DNA of 64,000 nucleotides. Source: Ptychomitrium polyphyllum. Its lineage: Eukaryota. Within the stretch, counting starts at the first letter, position 1. Every line of letters begins with the position of its first letter. The translations under genes were made by a program, and so were the position numbers. The stretch lies in assembly GCA_973851085.1 (NCBI GenBank), contig OZ316775.1, forward strand, positions 16,554,001-16,618,000, read 5' to 3'. This document shows, one piece after another, positions 1 to 11,522 of the stretch. The notes under the pieces were generated by a model. The model did not search any database. It was not told the DNA's origin and saw nothing but the letters and a program-made list of their open reading frames with translations.

Positions 1-1766
1 AGCCCATTCTCTTTGTGGTCTGTCACAGAATGTTGCCAGTTCGAAAGTCAAGTGCAAAGTTGGAGTGAAGTCCTCTGTACAGGACATCAGGTGACAGCAG
101 TGGTCTCACAGAAGTGGAAAGGTAACTTTCTGCTGTGATTCTATCAAGTTAGCGCAGGAGAGAAATGTTGTGCAACACAGACATAGTTGGCTGCAAGTTC
201 GACGGTGTGCCAGGTTCGTTTGCTTCTGCAATCATCGTAGTGATCTGTTCATCTGTTGCAAGCAGTTGATGATTAGCCTGCATGACTAAGGTAAGTTAAT
301 GGTGTAAGTTACTCAAGTTAGATTGACAAGTTGCAAGTCAACGTTTGGTGCATGTGTGGAAGGGGCATGCAGGACAAACTAAACTCCAATGTGTCGCTCG
401 GATGGAGCTAGCCATGGTGGTGTCAAGGTAACCATGGCTGCAACTCTGCTCCTCTAAACCACAACTGATGGCGATGGCTTTTCCCCTTTCCGTTGTGAGA
501 ATAGCATCATTCAAGCACTCACACATCCTCTTGATGTTGAATTGTCTCTCCTTTTGCGAAAGCAATCCACCCTTGAATGGTTGGGTTTGAGTTGCGAAGC
601 TTGCGTCGTTTAGGTCATGCACCAGGTGCACAGATGTTCAAAACTATATTGCAATGCGACAGCGCAACCATGATGTTGTTATCATCTGAAACGTGCTTCT
701 CTGTGTTCAAGCAAAGTGTGGTGACCGCTTGATACTTGTCCTTGCTACGGTCATTGGCATGGGCTATATGTTTGATTCCTGCTGCTGACCTAATCCTAAA
801 CCTTGAAATTCTTGTTAGGGTTCGATTTCACTACATGAACGCGTTGCAAGTTTGATTCATTTAAGATTTCTGAGATTCTATCATCCGCTTCCTGTGCTTT
901 TAGGCAGGAAAGCTGATGACGGGGTGTGGGAATGCTCACTGCACTCAAGGGATTGAAATTTTCGCAACAGATTTGGAAGTGAGCCTGATGTATAGCCTTT
1001 CATGCCTGGTGCGGATCGGGGGTTTGCCCTCTCTGTTTTTGAACCCGACTCACTTATCATAACGCAAGGATTGTTGTATTTGGGAAAGAAACTTACAGTG
1101 CGGAGTTGTTCCGCGTTACGTGTATTGCAGTGACGCAGCCACGTTTCCTTGCTGGAATTAGGGTTTCAGTGCTTGTGCATGTAACTTCATAACCCTGCAG
1201 CGCGACGTTGCTCTATGGTTTCATGCTTGTGAAGTACGCTTCATTCACCATGCTTGACGACAACGAAGCTTGTGGTCATCTCCTACACGTAGGTGCCATT
1301 GTCAATTCGGCGGCTTCCTCAAAGCCTTCCAGCACACCTACTTTCGTTCTGGATACGCGCTTACTGGAAGAAGCATGGTTTCGGTTGGGAGGAAGGTCAG
1401 TTACACCGTTTTGGAAACCCCAATCGTCTTTTCCTCTTTTTCTGTCAAATTGTCCTAATATTGACAGAGCAGTCAAACGCAACCAGCCGGTCTCTGTAAT
1501 CGCGTGGATTGCAGCCTTGAAATGTAAAACTTCTTCAGGGGCAAGTTGCACAATAATATCATGAGGAAAGCAAGGTTAATCGGGGAGTAATCAAGGTTGG
1601 GGAATCAGCAAATATTTCATTGCGAGGGTTCGTTGTGCAATACGTCAGGTTTGGTCATTGCCAATGCTAAGCGAAGTGGAATGCCGACGATTTTTCGGTG
1701 CACGTTTTGGGCCACCAGAAAATTCCTGAAAGAGACTCGCCGAACATTGATCCAAACTCAAGAAAA

Positions 1767-3777
1767 ATGTGGCCATATGGAAGGGATCTGGTGCCTTATC
1801 CAGCTGCCTTCCCTCAGAATTTCAGAGTCCAAAATCCGGGAAGAAGCCCCGACATGCAGAACCAGCAGGAAATTATCTACACGACATCTGCGCCGTATCC
1901 GCCCTATGTGCCCTACTCGCAGCAAGCTTTTCCAGCACCTTACTTACAGCAAGCTCTCCCAGCCCCCTACTCGCAGCAAGCTTTTCCAGCACCTTACTTA
2001 CAACAAGCTGTTCCAGAAATCTACTCACAGCAAGTGAGCGGAGTCGGATGGCCGACGCAGGACCCAATGACTGGTGACATTGTTCAGCAGGACCAAATTT
2101 GGCCCCTCCAAAATCGCAACAGGTGCAATTCATCCACATACTAATTTGAATCTCATATTATTTTCCACTCAAGAACAGGGGATTAAGGTGTAAGGCAGAA
2201 TTATAATCTGGCTTCTTGGAGGATGAGCACAGGAGGGAGAGCATGCCGGAATACAATATTGGGGAGATGGTGATGGTGAGGTGCAGCCAGCAGAAATGGC
2301 TTCAGGGTGTAATCCAAAGAATGTCAGTACAAGGGTTGCGGGTATGGCTCGCTGACGCCCACATCCTAGTGAATGTTCCACTCATGCTGGTACCAACTCA
2401 TGTTTTAAAGGTGTCGACGTTCTCAGAGCTACAGGCCTTGCCACAACCACAAGGCGAACACATGTGGACGATGACCATCACCGACAACTCAGGATGTCGT
2501 AAAGCTTTAATGCAATGTGTGCGTCCTGCACACCTTTCTCATCGCCAGCTCTTCCAAAAGTTTGGTGGTATCGAGTGCGCCATCTGCAAGTAAGTCGTTT
2601 AGTAGATAAAGTAACATGTGAATGCCAAACCTAAATTAACCTCACCTTCTTAAAAGTGTCATAGGATGATGGTAAAAGGAGATTTCATAGGAACATGTTC
2701 CTTGATGCAGAACGACTGTGTCGTCCATCGAGGTGGTGAGCCCATGGAATTGCAGCCATCGAGCCCACAATTACTGCCTTCAGCTCCGAATGCAGCACTC
2801 CTCTACCATTGGCTGCCCTTCGTGCAATGAAATAGACACCCGCCAGCTTTGGCCTATACCACACACCGGCAATAGCTCAACCTTACACCATATGCCATCA
2901 ACATCCACGGGTATTGGCTCGACCTCAAACTTCAGGCGCGCATTATTCACCAGCAATGCACCTCCCAGTCAAAGCAATGGGCAGTACCAGTGTGCGTGTG
3001 GATTCAGAGGTTCAATAGCTGGCGTTAGCAAAACGAATGCACCTGTCTTCTGCCCTAATTGTCACAAACCTGTGAATATCAACTCAACAACACTCGGCAT
3101 GCAAAGCGGAGAGCCGTTTGCGCCTAGGAGTCTTCCCCGAGCCTACACAGAAGTGGACACAGAGACCCTTCAGAGGAAAACTGAACAAAATCAGGGATTC
3201 GGGTGGCTTATGCAATCTTTCAGCGGTCCTGGCAGGTAATGGCAATCACTTCGTGTATGCTTCTGCTTGAAACTTTTAGGTACCTGCCAATTTTGCTCAT
3301 AGAGTGCTATCTTTGGACCTGTACAGATTGGAAGCTATAGAGGAGAGTTCTCGAGAAGGGATTTCTTCCACGCCTCCCTCGCCTGATTATACATCCCTGG
3401 AATTGTTTGGAACAGACGAGGATCGTGAAGAGTCCTCCTTCTCACCGTCGTACATTCTATCTTTCGGTGAGACTTTCAAAAACAACATATCTAATCCAGA
3501 TTTTTTTGCTGAGGTTGCCGACCAAAATATGCAGCTATCTTCCAGTTCTCCAAGTTCATGGCAGGATGGCTCATTGTATGAACCTTCTGCTCAAATTACT
3601 CTAAGTCAAAACGAAGAATCGAGAGATAATGCCCCTGATTCTATGGAGGTCCTCATCGGTCCTTCAGCATCTTTACAAGTCAATCACGTACAGCTTGCTA
3701 GAGTGGAAGAACCAAGTGAGTTGTTTGGTGTCAAAAATTATAATTTTCGTTCATTACTTGCACATGGTCAATATTGA
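1767..3777 (+). CDS. Putative RING-H2 zinc-finger (E3 ligase-like) protein: Gln/Pro/Tyr-rich N-terminus, possible SH3/Tudor-like segment, RING-H2, C4 zinc ribbon, Ser/Glu-rich tail. Proposed exons 1767-2122, 2233-2589, 2711-3235, 3327-3715 (or stop at 3777)
   Basis: Removing intron 2590-2710 (AA|GTAAGT...TGCAG|A) joins CAIC to KTTVSSIEVVSPWNCSHRAHNYCLQLRMQHSSTIGCPSC, a complete C3H2C3 RING-H2 pattern. Intron 3236-3326 (GT..AG) keeps frame into ORF 3304-3777. First intron (2123-2232), the start codon and the 3' end are less certain. Confidence 0.6.
1911..2034 (+). repeat. Coding tandem repeat, 27-nt unit (54-nt higher-order unit), about 4.5 copies, encoding PYSQQAFPA/PYLQQALPA
   Basis: CCCTACTCGCAGCAAGCTTTTCCAGCACCTTACTTAC occurs twice 54 nt apart, with further degenerate copies. 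Confidence 0.9.
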
Positions 3778-3915
3778 ATATCGAACATGTTAACGTCCAC
3801 AAATTAGAGAAGCTTTGAATTTCTATAGGCAATGCGTGTATACAGTACTAGCCAAAGGTTTAACTTGATATACATACGTATTCGTTGTTTTATTTCCTTA
3901 ATTAGTAGAAGTTGA

Positions 3916-4520
3916 CGAAGCTGCCCATTTGATACCCAACATCCATACGGATCTTGTGGTCATTGTAATGATGTAGATGAACCGTCAGAGAAACTAGAGA
4001 CAGAACCAACAACCATTGCGGCCCTAGATAGACAGAAGTCATGGAGGAGGGCAAGTGAAGTAGACCGGACCAGGAGGATTTTTGATAGCGAGGAGAGCGA
4101 GAAAGCGAGCTCATCAACTAATTTTGCCACTACGCGTCCAAGTACTCCGACAGTGTATGTCAACCACTTCGCAAACTTCGTGAACTTAGCTGTGGCTGGT
4201 GCTTCAACAGCCAAAGAGCGGGCCAAAGAGATCCTTGCAAGTGCATCGGCATCTCAATCCTCATTGACCACTGACCCTCCACTGAAATCTCCAACTACCG
4301 CCTGGGTCACGCCAGCTCCTGCCATTATCACACCATCTCCTGCATTCTTCTCACGGGCCACTGGGTTGGTTACAGAGCCCCCTGCCTGGGTCACCATGGC
4401 GAATGGAGGGGACGCTTCTCCGGCTTGGATCACAGTGATCAAGGACGGTGTAGGTTCTAGAAAAGATGATAAACAATGCGAATTACAAAGAATGGGCAAG
4501 CAAAAAGAGGCCGAATTTTT
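3916..4520 (+). CDS. Probable coding exon (Ser/Thr/Pro-rich, repeated PAWVT/PAWIT motifs), possibly a further exon of the RING gene
   Basis: Stop-free frame from 3916 to 4521 containing ORF 4153-4524, with a consensus donor GTAAGT at 4521. I could not join it in frame to the previous exon using strong splice sites. Confidence 0.35.
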
Positions 4521-6144
4521 GTAAGTGCAAAGGGCCACAGAGCATACGAAATAACCGGGATCCACACAATGAGGTCAGCAAACTACTCTCACGCCTGTTT
4601 GACTATTTACGTGAATGGTTGATCATTTCCAGACTCACGTAAACTAAATCGGGATTTTGGGAACCAAATTTGGTTTCAAACAACAGGAAACGTTTACAGA
4701 CCTCAGTCAAACTGTATGACGAGCAGCAAGGCTTTGTGTTGACTGCCTGTGAGTGATGATCGTCCTTGGCCGATTTTCAGAAATGTGCTCAGGCATGAGT
4801 TGAATGGGACACAGCTGAAAGACCTTAATGTTGTTAACTGAGTTTTTCAATAACAATAACAATAAATTTTTAACTTTCTATAATTCGAAAGTCATGCAAT
4901 ATCTCTTTTCATCAAAAGTGGTAAGCATTATTACCATTGTTGAAGATTATGCCACTGCGTTCAAGTATGTAAATGTCTGCCTCGGACAATTACTGGGTTT
5001 TCTTAGAAAACTGCAATACCAAATGTGCATCAAAACTTCTCACATTAAAAATAGTATTTAGTAGCACTAATTCTAATAATCTTGCTATAATACTAAATGT
5101 AAGCCGTTAAACGAGCGTCACCAACACTGAACATCAGCAACTTTCTGCTTAGAACATGTAGGCACTTTTTAGATCATTTATGAATAGTACCACCTACGAC
5201 CATGATACTAAATGTCATAAGATAGTAAATACGATTTTTATTATAATGCACATTATGCTTGTTACAAGGTAGGTGGAGTAGATTATATTTGCATTTCCAC
5301 TTTTAAATTTTGATACAAGTGAGGCTAAAATACGCATCTCCATTCCCCGCCTTCAATTCTTGTTTCATCAAAATTTGCAAAATAGGACATTTATGTATAA
5401 AAATGATCCTTTACCAGACTTCCACCTTATCCTTCGTTATGTCAGGGATGATTATTCTAGGTCAAACAAACCTCACGAGCCCTACAAATTCACACACGAT
5501 AAAGATTTCGTTGCAGAAAATGTGCATCAAAACTTCTCATTGAGTAAATTTCATGATGATGTTCTTCCGACTTTTCAGACTATACAGCAATGCCTATCGA
5601 ATATTGTTGTTAAGCCTTTTTTACTTTATAAAATGTATAACTCCAATCAACACGTCCATTTGGGGACGTGTCAACTTTTAATTCAGTCCTTTCAACCAAT
5701 GGTGTCTCACTGCCAGCTTTACAAGTTATCACCACATTGCATCTGCTCATGAGATGCCTGTGAACGTTCACAGACGTGTTTTCTCTTACTCTGCAACATG
5801 TAAGTTAGACAGCACTGGTATGTAAAGGCAAACAATACATCACCTTGTTCTAGCAATACAACAGTGCTTAGCATAATACAGAATTCTACGCTACATTAAT
5901 TTGTTAGTGACTGTTAAATTAACCGCCGTTGTACATAGACAGGTTCATACAAGTTCGTAAGATGGTATTTAATTTTCCTCAAAATGGTATATGATACAAA
6001 GAATGTTGCCATCCTAACCTCTTTGCGCACTCTCCATTCGAAGTTTTGTACGCTCTAATCAATGACAGTACAACAATGTACAATAACATGAACTAATCTG
6101 ATCCTACATCTAGCGATCTACATGACTGAACAGTTTTTTATGAA

Positions 6145-7089
6145 TCATAATGTTAATGGATTGCTAAGACTCGTGTGACAACACGATGGTCCGGAAGGAG
6201 AACGATGATGACGTCTTGTAGTTACCGAATCTGAAACCAAAGCAGCTCGCGCCATCATCAGGCCTAGAGGTCGGAGAGCAGCCTCAATGTTACCAAATGC
6301 TACAAATTCTTGTAAATTCGTCTCACCTTCCCATTCATTAGGTATTGACACATGACGTGCCTGCTCGCTGCTGAACCGTCTTAACCTCTCCCTCTGTGAC
6401 ATAAAACTGTCTTGCGACTGCGACTGCGACTCATGTGATGACAAATCTGCGCCTCCATAGGGGAGACATGTCTCATCGAAACGCGGGTCTGATCTACTAC
6501 CAGACACATGTTCACTTCGTTCCAGGGCCATGAGCCTCTCTCTTTGCGTTTTAAACCTGTTAGGCTTTTCCTCTGGATCACTGACAGGAATTGAGGCCGA
6601 TAAATCATCGTCGTCGTCCAACTGATATCTTGACAGGTTAAACCTGTTCTGCTTGGTCCGTGGAGAGGCATGTGATCGCATCGTTGGCATCTCCATGTCA
6701 TAGTTTTCCCTCACGTCGTGAAAAACTTCATATTGTCCAGGATATTCTTCCGCTGTATTATAATTCGAAAAGCTATTACTCAGAAAGTCAGATCTCTCCA
6801 TCATATCTCTCTTCGTCGATACAACAGGGCCCATACAATACCCAGTCGATGGCCGTGAATGGTTGGAGTTCGTACCATCAATAATCTCGGCATCTCTTTG
6901 AGAAGGAGAGTGATAGACAGAAGAGACGAGATATGATGGAGTATGCACACCGTCATAACCTGACGATGTACTATTTTCAGGCACCTCCAGAGTACGTCTT
7001 TTCGCTTCGAAATCACCGCCATCAGTCCTTGAACAGCCTCGCTTTTTGTCTTTTGAAGGCTTCCTCTTGTCCACTTGCTGTTCCAGCAT
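6145..7089 (-). CDS. BIC: BIC-like protein (Blue-light Inhibitor of Cryptochromes family), 314 aa, intronless CDS
   Basis: C-terminal RERLRRFSSEQARHVSIPNEWEGETNLQEFVAFGNIEAALRPLGLMMARAALVSD matches the BIC1/BIC2 cryptochrome-interacting domain pattern (RERLK...V.IPD.WG.E..L..W.DF..FDA......ARAAL.AD) as I recall it. A 5'UTR acceptor TTGCAG|G lies at 7172/7171. Confidence 0.8.
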   Translation of the reverse strand: MLEQQVDKRKPSKDKKRGCSRTDGGDFEAKRRTLEVPENSTSSGYDGVHTPSYLVSSVYHSPSQRDAEIIDGTNSNHSRPSTGYCMGPVVSTKRDMMERSDFLSNSFSNYNTAEEYPGQYEVFHDVRENYDMEMPTMRSHASPRTKQNRFNLSRYQLDDDDDLSASIPVSDPEEKPNRFKTQRERLMALERSEHVSGSRSDPRFDETCLPYGGADLSSHESQSQSQDSFMSQRERLRRFSSEQARHVSIPNEWEGETNLQEFVAFGNIEAALRPLGLMMARAALVSDSVTTRRHHRSPSGPSCCHTSLSNPLTL

Positions 7090-8040
7090 CCCCGCTGAGT
7101 ATAGTCGACTAGTATATCAATGCTTTATGCACTGAGTGACTGAGGCTTCTGGATTGTCAGATTATTGAATCCTGCAATGAGATCAACCAGAACAGGCTTT
7201 AATCAGAATCGTGTACAACATAACCAGCACGAGGCCCCAGAGACAGGTCAAGCAATTTGACCATATTGTGTCAACATAGCACCCTACCGGAGTGACAACG
7301 CAACTTCGGTGAAGATACCATTCACATGATGATTCAGAAGCACTTGTGTAACAAAAATGTTTCGACAATGCCTCTTAATAACCATTACACATCTACCACC
7401 ACTAGCAGGCAGTACTATGTTAACAAGTATGAACACTAAGAGGTCGCGCATTCACTGCACAACTTTTGGTTGTTGATGGAAAGTTGAAAGGTGTAAGTAT
7501 TAAGGATACAACCGAAGATTAACCACCACAGTTAAAACCATCTTCCACCATCGTATCCCTTAAATGCTCTGCTGATCGACCGTATTCATAATGTCTCTAC
7601 TGCTACTTTATGATTCCTCACTTGAAGTTGTAGATATCGAGGTGCATGCAGAGTAAGGCACTTGTAAACATGCGCACATCCTCGTCAAAACTTCAGGCCT
7701 GGTTTCATAATGGTCACAAAGACTTACATTAACTAATCCGACGTGCGAAATATGCCCGCACCAGTGCAAACATTTACGTTTCGGATTTCGCACCAGACTG
7801 CATCTTCCAACCGCACACCAAGGTTGGCAACGCGGTGTTATCTCCCTAAGAGGCAAAACAAAAACAGCTTGGCCACCTGCTTGCTTTCAATTCTAAACTC
7901 CAAACTCATCCCTATATAAGCTCCAAGGTTCGAAAGAGCCGGTTCTCTCTTCACACAGACCTCTGAACAAGCCACCGAAAATAAAATAATAAAACTAATG
8001 CCAATGAAATAATAACTTAAACAGTAAACAGTTTAAACTT

Positions 8041-8615
8041 CCTTACGCTCAGAACGCCTTCCCCGAAACGCTACAGACTACTACACATAAACTACAATTG
8101 CGATGACTCAGTTCCAGCAGCGTACAAGAAGATTCCCTGCGCAACAATTGGATAGATCGTAGAGAGAGCTGCAGAGAACTGATTAAAGCAGAGGAAAGAT
8201 GGACACTAACATATGCTCTCCAAATGACAGCCAAAAGCAAAAATTACACAGAAACTCTAACAGCATTGACTTACAGTTCCTCAATAACCTACAGAAAGAC
8301 TCTCTGCATGAGAGCGATGATGTGCAGAAAGAGCTGTAGAGAAGTGATTGTAGCAAGATAAACACTTACAACCGCTCGCCGAATGAGAAACTTCGCATAA
8401 ACTACACTTGCCACGACTGAATCCTCAGCAGACTATAGGAGGACTCCCTGCTCAAGACCGAAAGACTGTTGTGGGGAACCGACAGTAGCAGAAGAAGGAC
8501 GACCACTTACATGTGCTCGATCTCCAAATGAAAGCCAAGTGTGGAAAAAGCTTCGCTTAATCAATAATGGCAATGACTGACAGCTTAGCAGCCTGCAGCG
8601 AGACTCTCTGCACAA
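8041..8615 (-). repeat. Four degenerate tandem ~150-bp units, each resembling acceptor-exon-donor, in the 5' leader of the BIC-like gene
   Basis: Each unit begins GCAG|(A/G)GA(G/A)TC (exon starts 8607, 8447, 8303, 8136). Units share CTGCT/AGTC/TCATTYGG-type blocks and end in GT donors at 8510 (GTAAGT), 8369 (GTAAGT), 8210 (GTTAGT) and 8046 (GTAAGG). Confidence 0.75.
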
Positions 8616-9309
8616 CGGCGAAATATTAATATAGAGCAAACCGATTGCAGCACAAGAGGAACGATGAGCGCTAGCAAGTGCGCACCGAATGATTACCAGG
8701 AGCGGGAAAGAATAGACCAGAGACGGAGGCTCAAACTTATGGCTGCGCTCCCTCAGCGTGCTGCTCAGCTGTGAGCCCAAGCACCTCCAGGAGGAGCGCA
8801 TTGCGTCCACTACATCCACATTCTCATTGACATTTAGGTGATACTGGTCAAATACTGGTGTTACACCATGGTGACGCCTGCATGATAGCTAGGTGATACT
8901 GCGGCAGGTATTTGTGGGAGGTTGGGGAGTGGTGTGAGAAAGTGGTGCAAACGGGGAAGAAGAGGAAAGGGACGGGGGAGAAGGACGGGGAAGAGGGTCG
9001 ACGTGGTTGGGTGGTGGCCAGGGAGGTATTGAGTGGAAGGCAGCGGAGGCACCTACGAAAAGTAGGTGAATCGCCTACTTTACAGGTCTCGAAAGAGGAC
9101 CAATCACAGACCATTTTCCGATTCCCCAGCATCTTTGGATATTTTCGCTGTCGTAATGCACTTGGGTGGTCTTCAACGTTGGAGGCAGAATTCATTCATC
9201 ACTGACGCAAGTTTTCGTTAGTACTCGTTCATGTTGTTCATGTTGTTCATCGTTAGTAATTTTGCTTAGATGTCATCCCTGTACCGTCATGGTATTCCTT
9301 GAGTATCAT

Positions 9310-11100
9310 GATGATGTAATTTAAGTTTTACACAATAATTACATGAACATTATATATATTTATAGTTTAAGGTGATTTTAAGATATTTAATTAAAATTGT
9401 ATACAAATATATTTTTAGTTGTTTACATTTTAGTGTTTGTAAATGGAAATACAACCTTTTGATATTTTAAAATTTGCATATGAATATATACCTACTTTTG
9501 CCATTATTTCCAAAATCTAAGTGACTTTTGCTTTACAAATCTTATATAGGAATCTACGTCTTTTAGCATTTGAGTAATGAAACTATTCTTTAGATATAAA
9601 TGATATTAATTTTTAAAAATTCTATTTTGTAAAATTCATCAATTCTAAGAATACTAATGTAAAATATTTTGAAGAGTTATTACTTGCATGAATTTGAAAT
9701 TATTTTTAAAATGCATATAGTATTAAAAAATTAATGCATAGCATAAAGATTGTTTAAATATTAATGCAAATCAATGAATAGCTAGAACCAGCACTTAATC
9801 TCATGTTAATTTAATTAAATGATAAATTTTCAAATAAAGTTGAAAATTCTAGTAAAATAGGTCAAGATTAAATTCAAAAAAATCTATTTAAAATAAGAAC
9901 TATCTAAACTAACCAATTTGTATAGATAGGCAATTAGATTATATGTCTAATAAAAGATTTGAACCAAAATTTTAAAAACACTTCCAAAAATTTAATATAA
10001 ATAGGATTTAGTTTAGAATATACATTATATAAATAAATTAATTAATCAAATATAAATTTAATAAAATCTTGAATTGGAAGATAAGTAATATTTGAAATGA
10101 CTTGCCAAAGTTGTTTTTAAAAAAATAACTTGAATAGATTTTATTTTTTAAAAAGGTAATTTTAATCAAATTTATTTATGATTCTTTTAAAAATTAACCA
10201 AACAAATGAAGACATTAAATTCTTATTTTTATAGATATGGTAGAAATTTGAAATACTTAACTATTGTTATATGCATAATTTCATTAAATAATGGCTCCAA
10301 GTTTTATCCTTTTTAAAAACTTCCAAATTATGATTTTGCTTATTAATTATTATAAATAAAAGAAATTTTTTACATTTGTTTATGAAGCATTTTATGTATA
10401 TAATTTTTAAAAATTCTATCAATGATAATAAATCATTAAACAAAAATTGAAATTATTATCGAAATTTTGTTATTTTTCTAGAAAATCAAATATATCAAAT
10501 TAAATTGTCTTAGCTTTTTAAAATTCTAAGGTGATCAATTCAAATTCTAATAATAAATATTCATGTCATTTCTAACTTTTTATGAAAGTTTAAAAGTAAA
10601 ATCAGTCTTACAATGTAATACCACAAATGTAATTTTTAACAACTTTGATATTATTTTGAAGTTTTCTTTTTGTTCTTGATTTTGTATATTTTTTAATTTT
10701 AATTAGTGTGATCATTAAAGAAAAATGAACAAATTTCACAATAAGTGTTAATAAAATAATAAAATAAAGTAATTATATATATATATTTACATATATTTAT
10801 TTATTTATATATACATATGTTTAGTAGAGATGTAGGGCTAATAATGAAAAGAAACTAATAGAAAAACATTCAAAAGGAAGAAACAGAAACGAAAAAGAGA
10901 ATTCATAATTTGAAAATAAATTTTAAGAAAAAAAGAAAAGTATAAGGTAAAGAATAAGAAGTAACAAGATAAAATAAGGATGGTATTAAAAATTGATGAT
11001 GGTAATTCTTAACAAGATTGTAATTGGGTTTTTAATGCCTTTATAGATTTATAAATAACATCATTTATAGAATTGATATACCATGACAATAAATGCGGAT
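9310..11100. other. Very AT-rich, CpG-poor intergenic block (probably decayed repeat/TE DNA)
   Basis: Abrupt composition shift, almost no CG dinucleotides, no ORF of 60 aa or more. Boundaries approximate. Confidence 0.7.
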
Positions 11101-11445
11101 GATTTTCTTAGTACAATAGAAAATAGAAAAGAGAGAGGAATGAATAAAAAGAAAAAAATGTGGTAGGAAGGAAGGCAAGGAAAAAACTGATGGAAAATGA
11201 GGGAAAAGCCGAGAATATTAAGGAACAGGAGGAAAAGAAAGGAAAAGAACGATAGAGAAGAGGAAAGGAGTGAAACCGAAAGGAAAAGAAAGGAAGTGAA
11301 AGGGAAAGAGCGGAGTTGAAAGGGAAAGACGCAGCGGAAGGAAGAGGAAAGGGAGGCAGCTGAGGCAGAGTGGCGGAGTGGCGGAGTGGCAGTGCCGCTG
11401 CGCGGATGACTTCGCTGCGTCGACTTGGCTCTTTGTTTGCTCCAT

Positions 11446-11464
11446 TAGGGTTTTGCTAGGGTTT
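11446..11464 (+). promoter_or_regulatory. Two telo-box motifs (TAGGGTTT) just upstream of the crooked-neck start codon
   Basis: TAGGGTTT at 11446-11453 and 11457-11464. Telo-boxes are common in 5' regions of plant translation and RNA-processing genes. Confidence 0.5.
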
Positions 11465-11522
11465 TGCGGACTTCAGGAGGTTTTGGACTTGGAATTCGGC
11501 TTTTGGTTTTGGTTTGCGCGTC

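Noticed and set aside
338..1564. Several 60-120 aa ORFs on both strands
   Set aside because: No recognisable motifs, mutually overlapping, and no consistent splice model.
5021..5539. 22-bp direct repeat AAATGTGCATCAAAACTTCTCA at 5021 and 5518, with ORFs 5310-5543 and 5360-5752
   Set aside because: Only two short copies and no TE hallmarks. The ORFs have no recognisable features.
8041..8615. The four leader units as a snoRNA/miRNA cluster or CRISPR-like array
   Set aside because: No consistent C/D or H/ACA boxes, no clear hairpins, and no identical repeats with unique spacers. The conserved positions coincide with splice signals instead.
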